From an uncultured Candidatus Saccharibacteria bacterium (GTDB lineage: Bacteria; Patescibacteriota; Minisyncoccia; Phycocordibacterales; UBA5272), in assembly GCA_964538815.1 (NCBI GenBank), contig CAZIHL010000001.1, positions 79,034-143,033 of the forward strand: 64,000 bases of DNA, read 5' to 3'. The notes below the pieces were generated by a model. It made no database searches. It was not told the DNA's origin and saw nothing but the letters and a program-made list of their open reading frames with translations. A program made the position numbers and the translations under genes. Below, in pieces: positions 38,955 through 46,189 of the stretch (the first letter of the stretch is position 1; each line of letters opens with the position of its first letter).

Positions 38955-39698
38955 ATGGGCGAGAGGGGGCGAGGAGCCTGGCTGTTATTTATAAAGGATG
39001 ACGAAGTCATCGTCTTCCGCGGCCAGAACATCCCCGGTGTGGTCGTCGTGCGCGGCACGGACTACACCAAGAACGGGAAGTGGTCTCACACCACCTACCG
39101 CCTCCAGCTTGTCCCTGGAGTTCGCCAGATAGCCGGATACTCCGGCTGGGAAACCGGTCGGTTCGTCGAAGGCCTCGGCTCCGCCGTTGGCTGCGCAACG
39201 CCCGACACGTGGGCGGACACGGCCAAGGCTCTTGGGGTTTCGGTCCCGAGCGTGATGGAGTTCCTGCGGAGCTGGCGTCCGAAAGCCGCGGCGAAGCTGG
39301 ACGAAGTCGAGCAGGCGTTGGCCGATCTCGAGGAAGCCTCCTCTCAACAGGAGACCGACTCGGTGATCGTTACCGTCTCCTTCGGTTCGCCGACCAACCG
39401 CGCCATCAGCGATGGCTACTGGGTGGCGCCGAAGGCGATCCCGGGCTACAATGCGGAGATCCACCTGAAGGATCGCTCGCAGGGCTGGAACGAGGGGAAC
39501 ATCGAGGTTGTCGGAATCTCCGGCACCATCCTCTCGGTCAAGCACTCGGCCGGAATGCACGGCGGTTACTACGCCGTGTCGGTCGCGGTGATACCCGGAA
39601 CGGAGACCGAGATCCCGCCCTTCGAGACCAGCAAGCCTTGTAACGGTGGTAACACCGTGTTGGGCGATGCCCTCCGTAAGGCAGGGCTCCGCAGCTAG
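38955..39698 (+). CDS. hypothetical protein encoded by a very high-GC, GC3-rich foreign CDS
   Basis: A 744-bp frame with GC3 almost entirely G/C and balanced amino-acid composition. The alternative frames are Arg/Gly-rich junk. The ATG at 38955 marks the switch from AT-rich to GC-rich sequence. The in-frame upstream ATG at 38934 is an alternative start. Confidence 0.6.
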   Translation: MGERGRGAWLLFIKDDEVIVFRGQNIPGVVVVRGTDYTKNGKWSHTTYRLQLVPGVRQIAGYSGWETGRFVEGLGSAVGCATPDTWADTAKALGVSVPSVMEFLRSWRPKAAAKLDEVEQALADLEEASSQQETDSVIVTVSFGSPTNRAISDGYWVAPKAIPGYNAEIHLKDRSQGWNEGNIEVVGISGTILSVKHSAGMHGGYYAVSVAVIPGTETEIPPFETSKPCNGGNTVLGDALRKAGLRS

Positions 39699-39747
39699 TC
39701 TCGTATCGTATTTCCAGTTTGAGAGGACTGGGTTAACAAAACCTCTC

Positions 39748-39799
39748 TCTGTCGATAAGTGTGTTACTTATCCTGATGAGTCCGAAAGGACGAAACAGA
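39748..39799 (+). ncRNA. hammerhead ribozyme, type III topology (open stem III)
   Basis: tctGUC cleavage site, then stem I GATAAG-tgtgtta-CTTATC, then CUGAUGA, then stem II GTCC-GAAA-GGAC, then GAA, then ACAGA pairing with UCUGU. Every conserved core position is present. Confidence 0.8.
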
Positions 39800-39931
39800 T
39801 TGTACCTTGAGAAAATTTAGTTCTCTCGTGAGTAGCGCAATGGATGTCTTAAAAAGATTTCTAGTGCTGTCGGATACTTCGGACCAATTACGAGAGGGGA
39901 AATAAAATAAAAATAAATTTATTGTATAGAA

Positions 39932-39968
39932 TAACTCCATAGCTGTCAGTCGGGAGTTATTTTTTATT
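39932..39968 (+). terminator. intrinsic terminator
   Basis: taactcc-(14-nt loop)-ggagtta followed by ttttttattt. Confidence 0.6.
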
Positions 39969-39999
39969 TCTCACAATTTTGTTAAAATGTGCTTTAAGG

Positions 40000-40073
40000 C
40001 CATCTTAGCTTAGTTGGTAGAGCACTTCACTCGTAACGAAGAGGTCTCGAGTTCGATCCTCGGAGATGGCTCA
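40000..40073 (+). tRNA. tRNA-Thr(CGU)
   Basis: Acceptor GCCATCT/AGATGGC, anticodon loop CTCGTAA, T-arm TCGAG-TTCGATC-CTCGG. One A:C mismatch at the base of the anticodon stem. Confidence 0.8.
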
Positions 40074-40096
40074 AAATTTTGTTATTATTTATATAA

Positions 40097-40990
40097 ATGC
40101 GAGATAAAGAAGAAGTAAAAAAAGAATTAATAGCATTAGAAGCTCATTTGTATGAGAATGATTTTTGGACAGATAAAAGCCATGCTAACGAAGTTCTACA
40201 AAAAATAAAAGAATTGAAAATGGAGCTGGAAGGTGGAAGTATTCTTGATGCTGGAAGCGCTACGATGAATATTTTAGCAGGAGCGGGAGGCGACGATAGT
40301 GAAGACTTTGCTCGAATGCTGGTAAACATGTATTTAAAATATTTTGAAAGAAATGGATGGGAAGTATTTAATCTTCACTCAAATAGTAATGACCATGGAG
40401 GCTACAGAAATATCTCTATAGAAATAATAGGTAAAAATGTTTATGGAAAATTAAAAAATGAATCAGGAGTCCATCGTCTTGTGCGTATTTCTCCGTTCAA
40501 TAGCAACGCAAAGAGACATACGAGCTTTGCAATGGTTGAAATATTACCAGTACTACCAAAATTAGAATTTGAGAAATTTAAATCAAATCTAAATTCTGAC
40601 GATATAGAAGTAGAAACTTCAAAATCATCTGGACCAGGTGGTCAAAATGTAAATAAAAGAGAGACAGCAGTGCGAGTAGTACACAAACCTACAAATATTG
40701 CCGTGTCAGTATCAACCGAAAGAAGTCAAGAACAAAATAAAGAAAAAGCTTTTAATATGCTCTATGCGAAGCTTTTTAAATTAGAAGAAAGAAGACAAAA
40801 AGCTGAAAAAGAAGGATTACAAATTTCTAAAACGGTAGAAATAGAGTGGGGAAATCAGATCAGAAATTATGTTCTACATCCGTATAAATTAGTAAAAGAT
40901 TTGAGGACTAATATAGAAACAAGCGATGTAGATAAAGTTTTAGAAAAAGGTGAAATCGAAGAATTTATAGAAGCGGAAAAAAGTATTTAA
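40097..40990 (+). CDS. prfB: peptide chain release factor 2 (N-terminally short)
   Basis: SPF tripeptide (RISPFNS) and GGQ motif (SGPGGQNVNK), 297 aa. Confidence 0.85.
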   Translation: MRDKEEVKKELIALEAHLYENDFWTDKSHANEVLQKIKELKMELEGGSILDAGSATMNILAGAGGDDSEDFARMLVNMYLKYFERNGWEVFNLHSNSNDHGGYRNISIEIIGKNVYGKLKNESGVHRLVRISPFNSNAKRHTSFAMVEILPVLPKLEFEKFKSNLNSDDIEVETSKSSGPGGQNVNKRETAVRVVHKPTNIAVSVSTERSQEQNKEKAFNMLYAKLFKLEERRQKAEKEGLQISKTVEIEWGNQIRNYVLHPYKLVKDLRTNIETSDVDKVLEKGEIEEFIEAEKSI

Positions 40991-41079
40991 AATATAAGTT
41001 ATTTTTAAATGTTAATAACTATTTTTAGTAAAATATAATTTTATGTTAAACTAAAAAACATAGACTTAGGTTATTTTTT

Positions 41080-41760
41080 ATGCTTTATTTTGAAAATGTA
41101 AAAAAAGAGTATCCCGGTGGATTTGTTGTTCTAGACGAAGTAAATCTGACAATTGATAAAGGGGAACTAGTTTCAATTGTAGGACACTCTGGAGCAGGCA
41201 AGACCACACTTATAAAAATGATTTTGGCTGAAGAAAAGCCAAGCCGTGGAAAAATATCATTTCACTCAAATCAAATACATAAATTAAGAGGGAAAGAATT
41301 GACTAACTTTAGAAGAAAGGTTGGGGTTGTTTTTCAAGATTACAGATTACTTTCAAATAGAACAGTATTTGAAAATATTGCTTTTGCTATGGAAGCTGCA
41401 GGAAAGACTGATGAAGACATAATAAAAGACGTGCCTCATGTTTTAGATCTTGTAGACCTTCGAAATAAAATCTATCATTTTCCAGATCAGCTTTCTGGTG
41501 GAGAAAAACAACGTGTCGCAATTGCTCGTGCACTTGTAAATAGGCCAGATATTATCATTGCTGATGAGCCAACTGGAAATCTTGATCCGGTAAATACTTA
41601 TGATATTATCCAGATTCTTAAAAAAATAAATGATCTCGGCACAACTATCATTCTCACAACTCATAATAAAGGTATTATTGATCACTTAAAAAAGAGAGTT
41701 ATAACAATGGAAGATGGTAGAATTATAAAAGATGAAAAGATTGGAAAATATTCAATTTAA
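41080..41760 (+). CDS. ftsE: cell division ATP-binding protein FtsE
   Basis: Walker [13 protein letters not shown] signature [15 protein letters not shown], Walker [12 protein letters not shown]. Confidence 0.9.
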   Translation: MLYFENVKKEYPGGFVVLDEVNLTIDKGELVSIVGHSGAGKTTLIKMILAEEKPSRGKISFHSNQIHKLRGKELTNFRRKVGVVFQDYRLLSNRTVFENIAFAMEAAGKTDEDIIKDVPHVLDLVDLRNKIYHFPDQLSGGEKQRVAIARALVNRPDIIIADEPTGNLDPVNTYDIIQILKKINDLGTTIILTTHNKGIIDHLKKRVITMEDGRIIKDEKIGKYSI

Positions 41761-41771
41761 GAAATAAAAAT

Positions 41772-42704
41772 ATGAGTAAAACAAGTATATCAATAAAAAG
41801 AATTCTCAAGTCAGGTTTTTTAAATTTTATTAGAAACAAAACGGTTTCTTTTTCTTCTTTAGCAATTCTGACAGTCACTTTACTTATTATAGGTATTTTC
41901 TTCTTTTTTAGAGGTATTTTCGATTATTCTTTAAATGAAATACAAAATAAGGTTGATATAAAGATTTACTTTAAATTAGATGCTGAAAATTCTCAAATAA
42001 ATAATGTATTTCAAAAAATAAAAAATCTACCAGAAATAGAATCTGTGTCTTTAACAACAGCGGAAGAAGCTTTGGTTGATTTTCAAACAAAACATTCAAA
42101 TGATCCGGTAACTTTAGAAGCTTTAAAAGAAGTTGGTAATAATCCTTTTGGAGCTATGATAACAGTCGTAGCTAAAGATACAAATAGTTATGAGTCTATT
42201 TCAAACACTTTAAATGATAGGCAAGGATTTTTAGGAGATGATTATAATAGTATAGATAAAATAAATTATTTTGAATTAAAGTCCACAATAGATAAATTAA
42301 ATAATATTATAAAATGGGTAAATAATGCTGGGTATTGGATAGCCTTAATTTTCATAATTATAAGTTCTCTTATTATATTTAATACTATTCGTCTTTCAAT
42401 TTTTATATTTAGAGAAGAAATTTCAGTAATGAAGCTTGTAGGGGCTTCAAATATGTATATTCGAGGCCCATTTTTAATTGAGTCTACAATATATGCTTTT
42501 ATTTCTACAATATTAGCAATGCTTATATTTTTACCAATAACTTATTGGGTTTCAGAAAAAACAGTAGTATTCTTTAATGGGTTGAATATATTTAATTATT
42601 ATTTAAATAATTTCTTTTCTTTGTTTATTTTATTATTAATAATAAGTTTTGTATTAGCTTCAATATCATCAATAATGGCGATGAGAAAGTATTTAAAAGT
42701 TTAA
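41772..42704 (+). CDS. ftsX: cell division permease FtsX
   Basis: Immediately downstream of ftsE. One N-terminal TM, a periplasmic domain and three C-terminal TMs. Confidence 0.8.
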   Translation: MSKTSISIKRILKSGFLNFIRNKTVSFSSLAILTVTLLIIGIFFFFRGIFDYSLNEIQNKVDIKIYFKLDAENSQINNVFQKIKNLPEIESVSLTTAEEALVDFQTKHSNDPVTLEALKEVGNNPFGAMITVVAKDTNSYESISNTLNDRQGFLGDDYNSIDKINYFELKSTIDKLNNIIKWVNNAGYWIALIFIIISSLIIFNTIRLSIFIFREEISVMKLVGASNMYIRGPFLIESTIYAFISTILAMLIFLPITYWVSEKTVVFFNGLNIFNYYLNNFFSLFILLLIISFVLASISSIMAMRKYLKV

Positions 42705-42737
42705 TTTATGTTATAATTAAAATATAATTAAAATTAT

Positions 42738-45074
42738 ATGTCATTTAAATTAAAAATAATTAATTCTTTTTCAATTCTATCTTTTTTAGTAGCTTTAATA
42801 ACTTTAAGTAGTTTTTTTTTATTGAAAATACCATTTTTAGATAATTATATATCTTTAGATGCTAATAAAAGTCTATTTTTATTAGGGATGACATCAATTT
42901 CTTTGATATTATTTTTAATATCTGCATTTTTAAATAAGAATATACATATACCTGAAAATAAAATAACTAGAGCTTTCTTTATCCTTATTCCTTTATTTTT
43001 AATAATTTCTATATTATTTTCCCAAAGTATTCCAAATTCTTTTTTTGGTAAATATGTGTTTTTCCAAAGCGGAGCAATATATTTGTCATTATTCACTTTA
43101 TTTTACATAATAGCATATAAGATTAAATATTATAAGAAATTAACATGGATTATTTTATTTTTGAGTAATTTGTCGATAACAATATTATCTATTTTAGCTG
43201 TTGTATTTAGTAAGTTTAATTGGATTAATTTAATAAATAAAATAAGTTATTTTATAGATGGTTGGGACACTACAGCAATAGCTTGTTCTATAGTTATTTT
43301 TATAACGCTTGTTTATTTAGAAAATAATTCCTTAACAAAATTCCAAAAAATATTATCTATATTTATAGTAATTATTCATACTTTATTATTAATTTGTATT
43401 ATAATGCCAGATATTTGGTATGCTGTATTTTTTACTGTGCTATTTATATTTATAACTAGTAAAAACATAAAATTTTTTTATAAAAAGACTTCTTTTTATA
43501 TTCTTTTAATATCTTTTGTGATGTCATTCTTAATTCTTTTTTCAAATGGCGGATTCACAACTAATATAGTAAATAAAATTACAAATTTTACAAATAATTA
43601 TTTAAAAATTAATTATAGTTTTGTAAAGCCTAATATTGAAACTAGTTTGTCTTTGGCGGGCAAAGAATTATTTAAAGGTAAATTGTTTGGTGTTGGTCCT
43701 AACGATTTTTATAAAGTCTGGCAAATTCAGAAGACTGATTCAGTTATAACTTCTAGTTATTGGAATACAGACTTTGTTTCTTCTTATTCTGCTTTTACTA
43801 CTCTGTTAGTAACTTTAGGTGTAGCTAACGTTTTATTATTTATAATAATTTATTTTGCTATTGGTATAAATTTATTTAAAAAACTCAAAAAAGAAAATAA
43901 AGAAAATGATATTTTAGATTATCAAAATAAATTTTACTTATACTCTGCTATTACTATTTTTATTTTCTCATTTTTCATATTTTTATTTTTTGCAAACATT
44001 TCAATTTCTATTATTTTAATGGTTTTAGCTATATCTATAGTATCTTCTAATAATATTAAATGGAAAAATAGTAAAAATTATTTGATTAAATTTTTACTAG
44101 TTTTACTATTTATAGCTGTATTTATAGGGTTATTAATATCTATAAATAAAGTAAGAACAAATTATATTTTTACTAAAGCTATTAAGAATTATCAAACAGA
44201 TAATAATATTTCAAATTTAGAAACTTCTTTCATAAAAGCTGTTAATTTATCTAAAACTGATTCAAGTTATAGATTATTGACACAATTTTATATTTTTAAA
44301 TCACAATTAATATTAAATAGTTCTTCTACAGATATAGAAATCAAAGGAAAAGAATTTTCAGATTCTATTAATAATGCTATAAATTCTGCCAATATGTCCA
44401 TCAAATTAGATAGTAATGATTATTATAATTACATAATTTTAGGTTCCATTTATGATTTTTTGATTCCTTTAAATGAAGAAAATAAAAATAATAATTATAA
44501 TCTAGCCAAAGAAGCATATAATAAAGCTTTAATTCTTTATCCAAAAAATCCATCAATTTATTTAACTTTAGCTCAATTAGAATATAATTCTAATCAAAAT
44601 AAAGAAACAACAATAGAAAATTTGAATAAATCTTTACAAATAAAACCAAATTATTCTCAAGCTTTATTTATTTTTTCACAATTGTCTTTACAAAATAATG
44701 ATAACGATAATGCTATGGAATATGCTCTTAAAGCTGTGCAATCAGATCCTCGAAATATAAATGCTCTTTTACAGTATGGGTTTTTACTTATAAATAAAAA
44801 AGATGTAAAAATAGAAGACTTAAATCAAGCATACACTGCATTTATCACAATTTTAAATCTAGATCCAAACAATGTGGTAGCAGCTTATAATTTAGGAGTC
44901 ACTTATATATTAGCTGGAGAATATGATCAAGCTCAAAATGTTATAAATATTTTAAAGCAAGTTTTACCTAATGATGAAAAAATTATAGAATTAGAAAAAT
45001 ATTTATCAATTATAAGAAATAATAATTCTAATAATAAAGATATTAAAAATACTGAAAGTAAAGATCATAAATAA
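42738..45074 (+). CDS. polytopic membrane protein (O-antigen ligase/Wzy-like) with C-terminal TPR repeats
   Basis: At least 10 hydrophobic segments followed by TPR-like repeats (AYNKALILYPKNPSIYLTLAQLEY...). Confidence 0.5.
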   Translation: MSFKLKIINSFSILSFLVALITLSSFFLLKIPFLDNYISLDANKSLFLLGMTSISLILFLISAFLNKNIHIPENKITRAFFILIPLFLIISILFSQSIPNSFFGKYVFFQSGAIYLSLFTLFYIIAYKIKYYKKLTWIILFLSNLSITILSILAVVFSKFNWINLINKISYFIDGWDTTAIACSIVIFITLVYLENNSLTKFQKILSIFIVIIHTLLLICIIMPDIWYAVFFTVLFIFITSKNIKFFYKKTSFYILLISFVMSFLILFSNGGFTTNIVNKITNFTNNYLKINYSFVKPNIETSLSLAGKELFKGKLFGVGPNDFYKVWQIQKTDSVITSSYWNTDFVSSYSAFTTLLVTLGVANVLLFIIIYFAIGINLFKKLKKENKENDILDYQNKFYLYSAITIFIFSFFIFLFFANISISIILMVLAISIVSSNNIKWKNSKNYLIKFLLVLLFIAVFIGLLISINKVRTNYIFTKAIKNYQTDNNISNLETSFIKAVNLSKTDSSYRLLTQFYIFKSQLILNSSSTDIEIKGKEFSDSINNAINSANMSIKLDSNDYYNYIILGSIYDFLIPLNEENKNNNYNLAKEAYNKALILYPKNPSIYLTLAQLEYNSNQNKETTIENLNKSLQIKPNYSQALFIFSQLSLQNNDNDNAMEYALKAVQSDPRNINALLQYGFLLINKKDVKIEDLNQAYTAFITILNLDPNNVVAAYNLGVTYILAGEYDQAQNVINILKQVLPNDEKIIELEKYLSIIRNNNSNNKDIKNTESKDHK

Positions 45075-45079
45075 AAAAT

Positions 45080-46111
45080 ATGGGAAAAAAGATTTTGGTA
45101 TCAGGAGTTCAATCAAGTGGGAAACTTCATATTGGTAATTATTTTGGAGCTATAAAACAAATGATTGAGTTAGTTAATAGTGGTGAATATGAATCATATA
45201 TTTTTATAGCAGATTATCATTCTATGACCACTTTGATAGATTCTGAAGAAAGGTCTAAAAATACACTAGAAAGTATTGCTACATATTTAGCACTTGGTAT
45301 GGATAGAAAAAAAGTAAATATCTTTAAGCAAAGTGACGTATTAAGTATAACAGAATTAGCCTGGATATTTAATACTGTTACTCCAATTCCAATGTTATTT
45401 TTGGCTCATTCTTTTAAAGATAAAGTTGGTAGTATAAGAGAAGAAAAAATAAATATTGATAATTTAAAAAATATAAATGTTGGTCTTTTTGATTATCCAA
45501 TACTTATGGCGGCTGATATTTTAATTTATAATGCTGATATTGTACCGGTGGGAAAAGATCAAGAACAACATATAGAATATGCAAGAGAGATTGCTGGAAA
45601 GTATAATAGAACATATAAAGTAAACACATTTAAAGAGCCAAAAGCTTTTATAAAAAAAGAAGTTGCTACCATACAGGGAACTGACGGAGAAAAAATGGCA
45701 AAAAGTAAAGGAAACGCGATACCTATATTTGGAAATATTGAAGAAATAAAAAAGAAAATAATGAGTATTAAGACAGATAGTTTACTCCCAAATGAAAAAA
45801 AAGATCCTGATATTAATAATATTTATAATATTCATAAATTATTTTTATCACAAATAGAAAATAAAAAACTTCGTGAAAAATTTTTAAACAGTGATAAAGT
45901 TCCGTATAGTTATAAAGAAGCTAAAGAAGAATTGTTAAACACTATAAATAATTATTTTAAAGATGCTCAAAAAAAGTTTGATTATTTTACTAGTACAGAA
46001 AAAGGAAAGAAGGAGATTTTGAAAATTATGAAAGAAGGAGCAAAAAAAGCAAATAAAAGAAGTCTTGAAATGATTAAAAAAGTCAGAAAGGAAACAGGAC
46101 TTGATTTTTAG
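45080..46111 (+). CDS. trpS: tryptophan--tRNA ligase
   Basis: HIGH-type motif GKLHIGNYFG and KMSKS-type KMAKSKGN. Confidence 0.9.
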   Translation: MGKKILVSGVQSSGKLHIGNYFGAIKQMIELVNSGEYESYIFIADYHSMTTLIDSEERSKNTLESIATYLALGMDRKKVNIFKQSDVLSITELAWIFNTVTPIPMLFLAHSFKDKVGSIREEKINIDNLKNINVGLFDYPILMAADILIYNADIVPVGKDQEQHIEYAREIAGKYNRTYKVNTFKEPKAFIKKEVATIQGTDGEKMAKSKGNAIPIFGNIEEIKKKIMSIKTDSLLPNEKKDPDINNIYNIHKLFLSQIENKKLREKFLNSDKVPYSYKEAKEELLNTINNYFKDAQKKFDYFTSTEKGKKEILKIMKEGAKKANKRSLEMIKKVRKETGLDF

Positions 46112-46189
46112 TATAAAAAATAAATCAAATAAAAAGACTAAGATTTTTATTTTGGTTTTTTATTTGTTAAGTTTTACTTAATTTATATT

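Noticed and set aside
38985-39643. Long overlapping ORFs in other frames and strands of the high-GC segment (38985..39560 -, 39007..39198 -, 39080..39643 +)
   Set aside because: High G+C suppresses stop codons in all frames. These translations are Arg/Gly/Pro-rich with no third-position bias. The 38955 frame has GC3 saturation and a balanced composition.
39748-39799. Chance match to CUGAUGA and GAAA
   Set aside because: All three helices are correctly placed with the GUC cleavage site, a GNRA-capped stem II and 5-6-bp stems. Together these are too specific to be coincidental, so I kept it as a feature.
35241-39995. Prophage, integrative conjugative element or IS element
   Set aside because: No integrase, transposase, recombinase, capsid or terminase-like ORF is present. 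The 135-bp TIRs do not match any IS family I can recognise.
45075-45079. T-box or other riboswitch leaders upstream of trpS, serS or gltX
   Set aside because: trpS starts 5 nt after the preceding stop. The serS and gltX leaders are short, AT-rich and lack the AGGGUGGNACCGCG T-box core.
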